Source: a virus (taxonomy: Duplodnaviria > Caudoviricetes). Taken from it: DNA of 54,147 bases. The position numbers and the translations under genes are program-made. Below the pieces are notes generated by a model. The model was not told the origin of the DNA and searched no databases. It saw only the letters and a list, made by a program, of their open reading frames with translations. The stretch is from IMG/VR virus record IMGVR_UViG_3300018080_000221, positions 1-54,147 of that record; one strand, 5' to 3'. Positions 37,411-46,391 of this stretch are shown here, piece after piece (within the stretch, counting starts at the first letter, position 1; every line of letters starts with the position of its first letter).

Positions 37411-37739
37411 GCCTTGGCAGACGACCTAAGAAAGGTATCCACCTCACTTATGACGTAGAACCTGTCCAGCTCGCCACTGTCGTCTAGGAAGTAGTCTGCA
37501 GCTGGCTGTCCGGCCTTCTGGATGTCGGCTAGGAAAGCCTCTGCTACCTCCTCACCATACTTGAGGACTAGGAATGCCTTGAGCTCTCGGTGGTATGGGT
37601 CCATATCCTTGGACGACTGGACTGGTAGGAAGTACGTCTCGTCGGCTGACTGGATATAGAAGAAAACGGAATCACCCACCCTGCACAGCCCCGATCCTTG
37701 CGTGTGCAGTCTCTTTACTCCATCGGGTAACTTGGGCAT
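37407..37739 (-). CDS. Hypothetical protein
   Basis: AGGAG RBS, packed operon. Confidence 0.6.
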   Translation of the reverse strand: MPKLPDGVKRLHTQGSGLCRVGDSVFFYIQSADETYFLPVQSSKDMDPYHRELKAFLVLKYGEEVAEAFLADIQKAGQPAADYFLDDSGELDRFYVISEVDTFLRSSAKA

Positions 37740-37743
37740 GGGT

Positions 37744-37977
37744 CTATTGCTCCTTCGTGGCCCCGCATACGACGCACTTATGGACCTTGGTCATGCTCGT
37801 CGGATGCAGGTAGGTCTGCCACTTATGCTCGTACCAAGTACGGAGGGTCACCCCCTCCATCTTGCAGAGCGTACAGACCTTGACCTGCTTGCGCTTACAG
37901 GGGCCAGCCCTGACCTCTTTGATGGTCCACCTGTGGCGGCATTTGCCTATATCTAGTAATGGATCATATCTTGGCAT
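37744..37977 (-). CDS. Small double zinc-ribbon protein
   Basis: CRH..GPC..CTLC..HKW..CVVCG. Confidence 0.6.
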   Translation of the reverse strand: MPRYDPLLDIGKCRHRWTIKEVRAGPCKRKQVKVCTLCKMEGVTLRTWYEHKWQTYLHPTSMTKVHKCVVCGATKEQ

Positions 37978-38183
37978 TACTTCACCGCCCCGCATACCTT
38001 GCAGGTATACTGACGTGCCCCTGGCTTGAGCTCCCACTCGTGGCGGGGGAACGTACCACCAATGGCCTTCTTATGCCCGCAGTCCAGGCAGATCAGGAAC
38101 ATACTGAAGGCGCACTTGCCCTCCTCGACCCTACCTATCTTGCTGGTTGTATGGAGATGCTTGCAATCGGTCTTTGAGCTCAT
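37977..38183 (-). CDS. Small double zinc-ribbon protein
   Basis: CKH..GKC..CLDC..HEW..CKVCG. Confidence 0.6.
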   Translation of the reverse strand: MSSKTDCKHLHTTSKIGRVEEGKCAFSMFLICLDCGHKKAIGGTFPRHEWELKPGARQYTCKVCGAVK

Positions 38184-38377
38184 GACTTGGCCCCCACGGC
38201 CTGCCTGGAAACGCCGCATACCTTGCAGCGTCCCAAGAGGTTCCAGTTATGGGGCTGAGGAGCAGCAACTGGCATCTCGTAGTCGCACCTCGTACACCTT
38301 ACCCAGGCTTGGTGGCTGTGCGGCGTTGCCCTGTAAAAGACCGCGCTCCACTTATGAGTACATCTCTTTTGCTTCAC
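38180..38377 (-). CDS. Small double zinc-ribbon protein
   Basis: CTH..H..CTRC..HNW..CKVCG. Confidence 0.6.
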   Translation of the reverse strand: MKQKRCTHKWSAVFYRATPHSHQAWVRCTRCDYEMPVAAPQPHNWNLLGRCKVCGVSRQAVGAKS

Positions 38378-38990
38378 TTTCCCTCCATTCTATGGCACAA
38401 TAGCGCCTCTGTAACCACTCCACGTCGGGGTGGTCATAACGATCTGCGTCTAGGTCTGCCCTGAAGACCGGAGCCAGGTTGGGCATCTGGTCATTGGCGA
38501 GCTGTATTGCCTTGCCCAGGGTCGTGCTTGGGTCCAGGGCGCAGTAGGCCCACTTCTGCCTAAAGACCTTAGGGCTGCGCCTGGCGATGATCACCTCCCC
38601 AGCATCCCACTCTATGAAGAACTTTGCCTCAGGAGGATGGTTCTTCTTAGTACCTGGGGTCAGGTCTGCCAGGCTATAGTTACCAAACCGGAAGGCATGG
38701 TACATATCCGAGATAGTCTGGACATCCTGGAAGTGCCTGGCGAGTTGGGTCTGCGTCCACGGGGCCTTGGGGTTGCGGTACCAAGTCTCCCCGTAGTAGA
38801 GAGTAGCAAAGTCCCGCAGGCCCACGTATCCAGGAACCCGGCAGCAGAGTGGTGGGGCTGGGGGAGTCTCCTCCCCCTTGGCGATCCTGGCAGCCAAGAC
38901 ATTGAGCGTCTGCCTATATGAGGCCAGCTCCTTGGGGGTAAAGATATACCCGCAGATGACGCACTGGTGGTTATGCAGATAAGTTCTCAT
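38352..38990 (-). CDS. Hypothetical protein with N-terminal CxxC
   Basis: 212-aa ORF coupled to neighbours. Confidence 0.6.
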   Translation of the reverse strand: MRTYLHNHQCVICGYIFTPKELASYRQTLNVLAARIAKGEETPPAPPLCCRVPGYVGLRDFATLYYGETWYRNPKAPWTQTQLARHFQDVQTISDMYHAFRFGNYSLADLTPGTKKNHPPEAKFFIEWDAGEVIIARRSPKVFRQKWAYCALDPSTTLGKAIQLANDQMPNLAPVFRADLDADRYDHPDVEWLQRRYCAIEWRESEAKEMYS

Positions 38991-39289
38991 AGTTCTATCT
39001 CCCTGATATCCATAAACTTGACCTGCAGAAGCTGTAGTGGGCTTTCGTAGTTGAATAGGCGGCAGTAATAGACCACCCCCGATGGGAGGGCTGGACTCGT
39101 GAGTACCAAGCGGTACATCTCGTTCTCCACCATGTACTCCTTCAGGGCAGTCTTCAGCCAGTCGCCGTAACGCTGGGCATCTGCTGAGGCCTCGTCCAGT
39201 GCTTGGGTAATCTCCTGCTCTGCAATGAGTGCCCGTTGCCTGGCGCCATCTAACTGGCCCAGGTTCTTGAAGCTGCCTTCGTCAGGCAT
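38987..39289 (-). CDS. Hypothetical protein (coiled coil + GVVYYC)
   Basis: GGAGG RBS; similar to upstream neighbour. Confidence 0.55.
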   Translation of the reverse strand: MPDEGSFKNLGQLDGARQRALIAEQEITQALDEASADAQRYGDWLKTALKEYMVENEMYRLVLTSPALPSGVVYYCRLFNYESPLQLLQVKFMDIREIEL

Positions 39290-39560
39290 CCATGGCCTCC
39301 TCATCCTCATCCTTGATGACTGGTACTTCCTGGACGGTAACGCCCTCACTGGGCCTGCGGGTGCAGTAATAGGCTACACCGTCTACCAAGAATACTGCCT
39401 CCTTCAAGTGCCTGATACCCATGAGGACTCGGACTACTCCCGTAAACTCGCACCTGGCATGGCTGAAAGCCTGACGACGATCCTCAAGTTCAGCCTCCGC
39501 CACTGTATAGTCTGCCTTGGCCTCCTGGAGGTTCTTGGCTGCCTCTACTAACTTATCCAT
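39282..39560 (-). CDS. Hypothetical protein (coiled coil + GVAYYC)
   Basis: AAGGAGG RBS. Confidence 0.55.
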   Translation of the reverse strand: MDKLVEAAKNLQEAKADYTVAEAELEDRRQAFSHARCEFTGVVRVLMGIRHLKEAVFLVDGVAYYCTRRPSEGVTVQEVPVIKDEDEEAMDA

Positions 39561-40056
39561 GGGCATCCTCCTTACGGAGCACAACGTCGCCATCCTGGAG
39601 GGGAGCAGGGCCATCCCCGCACCACTCTACCTCAACGGTACGTTGGACTACCACCTTATGGCAAGGCGGGTCCTCCGTACTCCAGACGAGGCATACACGC
39701 GTGCCGTCCTCAGAGATGCCAAAGTCCTGGCGCACGCTCCTGGGGTCCATGGTACTGCGCGTGGCGATGACCTTATCCTTGTCGAGGATGCGTAGGATAG
39801 TCGTCGCTACTGGCCTGAAAAGCCGCTCATGCTTATACCTATCCAGGTTAGGATAGTAACTGAGCTGGGGCACTACTTGGCCCTCTAGGGGCCTGCTGAG
39901 GTAGTAGCCTGCATACTTCACAGGCACGTTGAGCAGCTCCTGGTTCCCATGGGCAAGGTAGAGACTGAGACGCTCCGCCTGCTCCTGAGCATTCTTGAGG
40001 TCATGCTCCATCTTCTCTCTGAGGGTGGTAAAGGTCGTGGTCGGCTCTTCAGTCAT
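39553..40056 (-). CDS. Hypothetical protein
   Basis: GGAGG RBS before MTEE. Confidence 0.6.
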   Translation of the reverse strand: MTEEPTTTFTTLREKMEHDLKNAQEQAERLSLYLAHGNQELLNVPVKYAGYYLSRPLEGQVVPQLSYYPNLDRYKHERLFRPVATTILRILDKDKVIATRSTMDPRSVRQDFGISEDGTRVCLVWSTEDPPCHKVVVQRTVEVEWCGDGPAPLQDGDVVLRKEDAHG

Positions 40057-40234
40057 TGGAGTCCTCCCCTGCTGCCTGCCCGATCTCGGCTGGCCTGAAG
40101 ATTTCAGGACGCTCGCCACTACGATGGATCTTCAAGTTACCAAAGCACGTAACCCGCACCGAGGTGGCTCCCTCTTCTTGGGCAACCTTAGCAAGTACCT
40201 GGGCTGCCTTGGCGATTTCTTTAGTGAGTTCCAT
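40049..40234 (-). CDS. Hypothetical protein
   Basis: AAAGGA RBS before MELTKE. Confidence 0.55.
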   Translation of the reverse strand: MELTKEIAKAAQVLAKVAQEEGATSVRVTCFGNLKIHRSGERPEIFRPAEIGQAAGEDSND

Positions 40235-40390
40235 GGTTCGTTTCCTTTCTGCCCTACAGGGCACTGTATCGAGTCTGTAAGTAGACTCGACGGGCTAGAG
40301 GTAAAGTTAACCTCTACAGACCACTGACTGAGTGATGAAGGGTAAAGGAGAAATCAAAACCCCTACCACCCAGCCAGTAGTTTATAGCTG

Positions 40391-40576
40391 TTAATGGTTC
40401 TTGGCAGACCTAGCTGCTGGTATAATGCTGAGCACGAATCCTATAGACCACCATAGGGCATGCCATTGGGGACCATAGCTTTTGGCTCCAGCAGTACCTA
40501 GCAGCCAAAAGGCTCCAGACGCCAGTATGAGGACGATGTCTACCAGGACGGACTCCTTCTCGGTCAGATGCCTCAT
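40391..40576 (-). CDS. Small two-TM membrane protein
   Basis: Hydrophobic segments; ATGA coupling. Confidence 0.55.
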   Translation of the reverse strand: MRHLTEKESVLVDIVLILASGAFWLLGTAGAKSYGPQWHALWWSIGFVLSIIPAARSAKNH

Positions 40577-40887
40577 ACTACCAATACCTCTGGGTTAATG
40601 CCTAGTTGGTCTAGGAACGTCAGGCACTCGGTCAGGAATGGGGAGGTAAACTCTTTATCCTCCCAGTTATCCCAGCCACGCTCAGCAGGCTGCATACGGG
40701 TCGCTGGGTAGAAGTAGGGACTGGACCAGCAACGACAAGTAGCAATGAAGCCTTGGCCCTGCGCGTACTGTAGGGCAGCCTCCCATGGCGGGTCCCCTGG
40801 GTCCCAGGCGAACGGTTCGTACTCTTCTGAGAGGCAATCTCCTTCACGTAGGACGGCCTCAAGTTCGATTAGCTCTTGCTTAGTCAT
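40573..40887 (-). CDS. Acidic hypothetical protein
   Basis: AAAGGA RBS. Confidence 0.55.
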   Translation of the reverse strand: MTKQELIELEAVLREGDCLSEEYEPFAWDPGDPPWEAALQYAQGQGFIATCRCWSSPYFYPATRMQPAERGWDNWEDKEFTSPFLTECLTFLDQLGINPEVLVV

Positions 40888-40890
40888 GGT

Positions 40891-41034
40891 CTAGTTTCCT
40901 TTCCTTTCTAGCCGATTAGCCAGGGAGTCTGCTACTATACTTCCCAACTCCATGGCAATGGGGGCCAGGAATACGAACAGGACAAATACCAGAGTCAATG
41001 TAAGTACCATCACTGCAAAGGTTATGGCATTCAT
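40891..41034 (-). CDS. Small single-TM protein
   Basis: Hydrophobic; GGAGG RBS. Confidence 0.5.
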   Translation of the reverse strand: MNAITFAVMVLTLTLVFVLFVFLAPIAMELGSIVADSLANRLERKGN

Positions 41035-41564
41035 TCTCTGCCCTCCTCTTGGAGGTGCAGCCAGCAAACCAAATCGCCGTCCTCGCACAGCCGCCAGCCT
41101 AGGGGTGTGTGGGTATCGAAGGTAAATATAGACCGTCCACAGACGGAGCAGGTATGCTGTACTGGGTTCCTGTCCTCTTTATGCAGGGCAAAGAGTAATG
41201 CGCTATTGGTAACTAGCCCCTCTGGCTGTACTGCGGTAGGTCCATGGTTGATAGCCTCAGAAGGGGCCATCGTTAGGGAGGTAGACTGCCTCAGGGACCA
41301 GAGCACTGGTGACGGGGCAGGCGTATGGGTAGCAACGAATGTCCGGCCCTGGTAGGAGATGACGATATGCCTATAGTTCTCCTCGTGGATGGCATGGCTG
41401 GTCAGGTACGGTTCGAGTCGGTTGACTGCCTCTATAATCTGGCGGGTAGTCCCGTTATCATATGCATGGACGAACCGCCTGAAGGCACGGTTAAAGTCAG
41501 AGCGATATGGAACCTGCTGCCCATCTCTGGTTTGGTCAGCGGGTCTAGGTGCGTCTGAGTTCAT
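41031..41564 (-). CDS. Hypothetical protein with C-terminal Zn finger
   Basis: CSVCG...GW...CWLH. Confidence 0.55.
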   Translation of the reverse strand: MNSDAPRPADQTRDGQQVPYRSDFNRAFRRFVHAYDNGTTRQIIEAVNRLEPYLTSHAIHEENYRHIVISYQGRTFVATHTPAPSPVLWSLRQSTSLTMAPSEAINHGPTAVQPEGLVTNSALLFALHKEDRNPVQHTCSVCGRSIFTFDTHTPLGWRLCEDGDLVCWLHLQEEGRE

Positions 41565-41911
41565 AGCCTTTCCTCCATAATCCTCTCGATAAGGTCCACT
41601 GGCTGGCCTAGCTGCTCAGCGACTGCCTGGGGCTTCAGCAGCCTGTCGCTAACCAGGTAGTCCACCAGCGGGACCAGTTTATTGATAAGCTCCTCTTGGG
41701 GCATAGAGGCGTACTTGGCGCTACCCCTGGGTTGCCGACGTGGTATCTCGTTGCGGTCTATGATGGCGTAGAGAGTGTTAGGGCAGACGCCCGTTAGCTC
41801 CATGATCTGGCTAACGGGCATCTCCTGCTGGTAGTAATCGCAGACCATCTGCTCCCTCACCTCGTCGATGCGATTGGGGCGGCCTGAGTTGGTGGAGCCA
41901 GTATTAGTCAT
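41561..41911 (-). CDS. HTH DNA-binding protein
   Basis: YQQEMPVSQIMELTGVCPNTLYAII; second HTH-like segment; start 41911. Confidence 0.65.
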   Translation of the reverse strand: MTNTGSTNSGRPNRIDEVREQMVCDYYQQEMPVSQIMELTGVCPNTLYAIIDRNEIPRRQPRGSAKYASMPQEELINKLVPLVDYLVSDRLLKPQAVAEQLGQPVDLIERIMEERL

Positions 41912-43112
41912 TCGGGTACTCCCATACGTGGCGGATAGCACGCTCGCCAGAGGGGGCATCCTGCCAGGCTTCGAAGTCCTCTGATAACCAATTGGTGAAG
42001 GTACCACGCTCTGGGTGGACGATGGTGACCTGGTCATGCAGGTACAGCCATGCACTGACGCCGTTGTACTCAGCCTCGATAGCCGCGATATACTCCTCAA
42101 CCTTAGAGGGCATCTTCTCGTAGGTAGTGCGCAGGTGGAGCAGTGCCTCGCAGCGGACGTCGATATATTCCTTGATGTACCACTGGAGGTCCTCTAGTAC
42201 CTGCGCTTCGTAGGCAGCGATCTGCTCGGCAGAGAGTGGGCGGAGGTCGTTAGGCCAGGCGGTAAAGTTCTCTGCCCAGCAAGACGCCCCGTCCAGGTGC
42301 TCAGCCTCCTCGATGTACTCGTCTACTAGGTCAGGGTTATCTAGGAACGCGTCTGACGAGTAGATAGTACGGTAAGCCAGGTCTCTGGCACGGAGCTGGT
42401 CGTGGGTGAGTTCTACATGGATACGCCCAAAGATGATGGCCTCGATAAGGTCGGGTAAGGACTCTATACAGATACCCAGGTCGTCGTTATGGAAGCAGGC
42501 GCATGCCCCTCGGTGCTGGATATGCAATCGGCTACCATCGAGGTCGTATACCATAGCGCAGGGCATCTCTACCTCGTCAGGCGACTGCTCAGGGTAGTGG
42601 GTGGTAATCGGTGCCCACACCGGCTGGTAGTTAGGATCGAAGTCGACAGGGTTAAGGGTCAGGCTGTCCAAGATCGTTGGCGGGATACCATACTCGGACG
42701 TATAGTCAGGAGCAGTCGGGTCGTTAGGGCCAGGACTAAAGCCTGTGGCAGGGTCGAACCCCCAGGGAACCCCTTCACGAAGGGAGGCACAGCCCCAAGA
42801 ATCAGGGGTGTGCAGGGGAGGGGGTAAGTCCTCGTTGCCTGCCCCCAGTGTAGAGGAGGATGGCTGGACACGGTCCTCTTCAGGGACGCTGGGCAGCTCG
42901 CCTGGTAGATAGGCCAGGAGGGAGTCGATAAGTTGGGTAGCGATACGGTTCCTGGCTGCGCAGAGGCGCAAGTCGTCTTTGTCGGTCAGGTCGGGGTCGC
43001 CGTATGATAGGTTGGTGGCCTCCTCTGCCTGCTTAACAACGTCCGGGGAGGCTGCTAGGGCGGATACGGCGGCTTCCTTGCTAGTGGTTAGGAGATACGT
43101 TAGGAGGTGCAT
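41904..43112 (-). CDS. Large acidic early protein with internal repeat
   Basis: 402 aa, D/E/P-rich; AAAGGA RBS; first gene after promoter 43219-43248. Confidence 0.7.
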   Translation of the reverse strand: MHLLTYLLTTSKEAAVSALAASPDVVKQAEEATNLSYGDPDLTDKDDLRLCAARNRIATQLIDSLLAYLPGELPSVPEEDRVQPSSSTLGAGNEDLPPPLHTPDSWGCASLREGVPWGFDPATGFSPGPNDPTAPDYTSEYGIPPTILDSLTLNPVDFDPNYQPVWAPITTHYPEQSPDEVEMPCAMVYDLDGSRLHIQHRGACACFHNDDLGICIESLPDLIEAIIFGRIHVELTHDQLRARDLAYRTIYSSDAFLDNPDLVDEYIEEAEHLDGASCWAENFTAWPNDLRPLSAEQIAAYEAQVLEDLQWYIKEYIDVRCEALLHLRTTYEKMPSKVEEYIAAIEAEYNGVSAWLYLHDQVTIVHPERGTFTNWLSEDFEAWQDAPSGERAIRHVWEYPND

Positions 43113-43218
43113 AGCAGTTCCTTTCTAGTAGTCTGGTGCCTAAGCTGGATTAGGCGTTTATGGGTAGTCAGCTAGGGAGCTAGCCTGTTAAGGTCTCGCT
43201 CCGGTTTTTCTCCCTTCT

Positions 43219-43248
43219 AGTTTACTATAACAGGCTGGCTTTAGTAAA
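43219..43248 (-). promoter_or_regulatory. sigma70-like early promoter
   Basis: TTTACT-N18-TAAACT. Confidence 0.7.
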
Positions 43249-43329
43249 GTCCCCCCAGTAGGGCCAAACGCCCTGGCAAGTAGGAAAGGGGGAGAGGACG
43301 GCTGTTATGGTAGACGGCTGATAAGGTAG

Positions 43330-43790
43330 TAGATGGTCATACTTTTAGTTTTTAGAAACTAAAACAGGTCGTTACTTTTTAGTTACTAAAAACTAAGTCA
43401 TGGCCTGAAATGGGGTATAATCCATAAAGATAATGCTATAAAAGCGGTCTGCGAGTAGTTTATTTTTATAGTTTACTTTATAGTTTATTTGAATGTAGAT
43501 TGATTTGTTTAGGGTTAGTTTAGGTAGTATTGCCCTCCTTATCTATATAAATAATAAATAATTATAAAATAATTATTATTATATTTTTTATAGCTACTAT
43601 TAGATGAACCAAAAGGAGAAGAAATTAAAATTCAATTAAATTAAAATATATATAGAGCTATACCGACCCCCCTTGGAGCGTTATTTTGCTATGGTTTATA
43701 GTTTATAGCGATAAGTACGATGGTTTAGATAGGTCGTTTGATATAGGTCGGTGCGTAAGGTAGAGTATAAACTATAAACTATATAAATAA
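43330..43790. other. Putative replication origin
   Basis: Only strongly AT-rich non-coding block; repeated TATAGTTT/AAACTATA and TTTTAGTT/AACTAAAA in both orientations around a near-pure A/T core. Confidence 0.6.
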
Positions 43791-43823
43791 AAGAACCCCC
43801 TACCCTATAGATAGGGCAGGGGG
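43785..43823 (-). terminator. Intrinsic terminator
   Basis: CCCCCTGCCCTAT/ATAGGGTAGGGGG stem then TTCTTTTATTT on minus strand. Confidence 0.75.
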
Positions 43824-43917
43824 AGCAGTAGAGCTGATATAGCCATCGGTGATCGCCAGCCTGACTGGTTAGGCAACGACCCCTAGCTGGTCGGGCCAGC
43901 GGTCGGGCGGGCGGTGG

Positions 43918-44502
43918 TTAGAAATCCAAATCCAGGTCGATGTCCTCTTCAGCCACCTCGGTCAGGTCTTTGGCCTTAGCTGGGGTGGAGGCTTTCTTCT
44001 TCTTGTATGCAGGCTCGAAGGAGAACTCATTCTCCGTCAGGTCTGTCGGGGCCTTGTCTGGGTAGAACCCAGCGACTGCGGCCTGGATAGCGACAGAGAG
44101 GGCGTCGGCATCGACAACGGCAGAGTCGAATCTGACCAGGTATCGGCGCAGGCCCAAGCGTGTGGTGGTGCGCGTCTGGTACCCCTCCACGAACACGGGG
44201 TTGATCAGCCAGACCTCGTAGGACTTCATCTGGACCTTATTGCAGATAGGCTCTTGCTGGTTGGTTGCCGGGTTCAGGATGGTCTTGTCCCTGTTCTTGC
44301 GCACGAGCTGCCGAACATACTGGCTGTGCTTCAGGCCCATCGCAGGCGTGGCGTCGTTAATCTTGTACCAGTCGCAATACGGCTTCTGGAGTTCAGGGTA
44401 ACGTGCCCCTGGGTTAGGCGGGGCTGGCTTGGCCTGCTTGGCCTGCTTGGTCTGCTTGGCTGGTTTAGCTGCCTTGGTGGGTGTTGCCTGTTTCTTTGCC
44501 AT
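43918..44502 (-). CDS. Putative DNA-binding early protein (paralog of 47074-47547) with AKQ/AKP-repeat N-tail
   Basis: AGGAGG RBS; shared R.G.RR.L.R and E.AYK.KK motifs. Confidence 0.75.
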   Translation of the reverse strand: MAKKQATPTKAAKPAKQTKQAKQAKPAPPNPGARYPELQKPYCDWYKINDATPAMGLKHSQYVRQLVRKNRDKTILNPATNQQEPICNKVQMKSYEVWLINPVFVEGYQTRTTTRLGLRRYLVRFDSAVVDADALSVAIQAAVAGFYPDKAPTDLTENEFSFEPAYKKKKASTPAKAKDLTEVAEEDIDLDLDF

Positions 44503-44747
44503 GGTATTACCTCCTATAGGTGTGTATGGCTTATGGTAGGCTAATTCCTACCTAGCTGGTCCCTAAGTCATAGGCTTATCACTGCGGGCTGCCGGACTGG
44601 GTAGCAGGCAGAGAGCGGCGTGGCCTAGGGACCAGCTAGCTATTAACTAGCCTGGTATGGTAACAGGTGGTGCACGTTCTTGTTAAGGTCGTCTTTAGGA
44701 CTAGGCGATAGGAAGAAACTAAGTTGCGGTTATTCCCTATCGCCTTT

Positions 44748-44777
44748 ATTATACTATAACAGTAGGGGGTAAGTAAA
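44748..44777 (-). promoter_or_regulatory. sigma70-like early promoter
   Basis: TTTACT-N18-TATAAT. Confidence 0.8.
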
Positions 44778-44796
44778 GTCTAGATAGTAGTACCAA

Positions 44797-45021
44797 TTAA
44801 AACTTAGGGCAGGGCATGTTGTACCCCTTGGCTGTGATCGTGGCGTAGCGATGGGTGAGGGGCAGCTCCTTCTGGAGTTCCTTGAGGGTGGCTATCTCTC
44901 GGCGATACTGCTCTTGGTTTACCTCTGGGATGTCTGGGTGGGTTGCTCTGGTAGATAGGTTATCTATACGAGCTTGTAATGCGTTATGGATGGCATACAT
45001 CTGGGTCTTTGTTAAGTTCAT
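44797..45021 (-). CDS. Hypothetical early protein
   Basis: AAAGGAGG RBS. Confidence 0.65.
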   Translation of the reverse strand: MNLTKTQMYAIHNALQARIDNLSTRATHPDIPEVNQEQYRREIATLKELQKELPLTHRYATITAKGYNMPCPKF

Positions 45022-45039
45022 TAGTTGTCCCTCCTTTAA

Positions 45040-45070
45040 GGGTGGGTGGGTGGGTGGGTGGGTGGGTGGT
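45040..45070 (+). repeat. (GGGT)7 microsatellite / G-quadruplex motif
   Basis: Seven perfect GGGT units plus GGT, intergenic. Confidence 0.9.
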
Positions 45071-45387
45071 TAGTCGTGCTCTTGGTTGGTAACTAGTTCG
45101 TATGCGGCTTTGATGGTGTTCTGCTTGATGGCCTCCTTGAGTGCCAGGCGAGTCGCGCGGTGGCGATGCCTAGCCAGGTTACGCTCCAGTTTGTAGGTCA
45201 GGGTGGCTAGGTAATGGCGTCGGATAGGGGCAAGCCAGGGTAGGGGGTTACGCGAGTTCAGTGCTGCCTGGACACGGCTGTAGCGTTTGAGTAGGCGTTG
45301 CCTGCGGCGGTCAGCTGCTGCTGCCTTCCTTGCTAGGTTCTTGACTGGGCGGCTATGGTATACGTATCTCAGGACATGGTTGCTCAT
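45070..45387 (-). CDS. Very basic (Arg-rich) early protein
   Basis: AAGGAG upstream; R/K-rich helix. Confidence 0.6.
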   Translation of the reverse strand: MSNHVLRYVYHSRPVKNLARKAAAADRRRQRLLKRYSRVQAALNSRNPLPWLAPIRRHYLATLTYKLERNLARHRHRATRLALKEAIKQNTIKAAYELVTNQEHD

Positions 45388-45464
45388 CTCGTTTGTGCTC
45401 CTTAACGATGGTTATAGAGGAGGGGCCATACTGGTATCATCAGTATACCCCCTCCCTGGTCAGG

Positions 45465-45824
45465 TCAGTCTGTAGTAGGGGGCTGGGGGTTCAGAGCAAT
45501 CCAGCGCAATGCATCCTGTATAAGGCTATACGTCTCTGGGAAGGCAGAGCGCTCTATCTGGTACCGTAACCAGTACTGTACCCCTCGGTTGTCGGATGCC
45601 TCCATGGCGGCTATGTATGCCCCAGCACGCTTGCGGCCCAGCTCCTGTACCAGCCTGGCCTTAGCACTGCTGATGACCTTTACCTGGTTACCAGTTACGT
45701 TCTTAACCACGTACATCTTACCCTTAGGGGTAGGGGGCACGGGGTCAGGGTCAGCCAGGACTCTGTCGGTCAGGTCTCTTACCTCGTCTATGGTAAACTC
45801 TAGGGTAAACTCTTCCATCTGCAC
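45465..45824 (-). CDS. Hypothetical early protein
   Basis: AGGAG RBS (start may be ATG 45818). Confidence 0.6.
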   Translation of the reverse strand: MQMEEFTLEFTIDEVRDLTDRVLADPDPVPPTPKGKMYVVKNVTGNQVKVISSAKARLVQELGRKRAGAYIAAMEASDNRGVQYWLRYQIERSAFPETYSLIQDALRWIALNPQPPTTD

Positions 45825-45845
45825 ACTCCTGTAATCGGGGCTGTG

Positions 45846-46244
45846 CTAGCCCTCTAATGCCGTATGCTCCCCAAGGGTACGGCTAATGAAGTCGGCAACG
45901 AGGTTAAGCTCTGACCTGGTATACTGCCCCTCGTTAATCATGTCTATGAAGGTATTGACGACTGCCTGATTACGTAGGTAATATCCATACTGGACTACCT
46001 CCATTCGTAACCTGGCCCATACCTGAAGGTCAGACGGCCTATGGTATATATGCGCACCCTTAGGGGTAGGGGAGGGGGTAGCAGGCAGGTCGTGGAGTAG
46101 GGTTACGGATACCTCCTCGTAGTACGAGACCTGCTTCTCCAGGGCGTTATAGACCTTGTCCATGGCTTCCGACGGCCAGGCTGCTTCTACGCAGTAGTGC
46201 TTAGTGCCCTGGTCGGTTAAGACTGTTACTTTATACCTCTTCAT
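45846..46244 (-). CDS. Hypothetical early protein
   Basis: AAAGGAG RBS; first gene after promoter 46302-46331. Confidence 0.65.
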   Translation of the reverse strand: MKRYKVTVLTDQGTKHYCVEAAWPSEAMDKVYNALEKQVSYYEEVSVTLLHDLPATPSPTPKGAHIYHRPSDLQVWARLRMEVVQYGYYLRNQAVVNTFIDMINEGQYTRSELNLVADFISRTLGEHTALEG

Positions 46245-46301
46245 ATTACTCTCCTTTACTGGTAGGGGCAGGGTGCCCCGCGGCCTTATAGCTCTACCTT
46301 A

Positions 46302-46331
46302 ATTATACTACGACAGGCTGCTCTTAGTAAA
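46302..46331 (-). promoter_or_regulatory. sigma70-like early promoter
   Basis: TTTACT-N18-TATAAT. Confidence 0.8.
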
Positions 46332-46391
46332 GTCTCCGCAGGCTGCCCAATTGCGGTGGTAGGCAGGGGAGGGAGCGAGTCGCCTATATAG

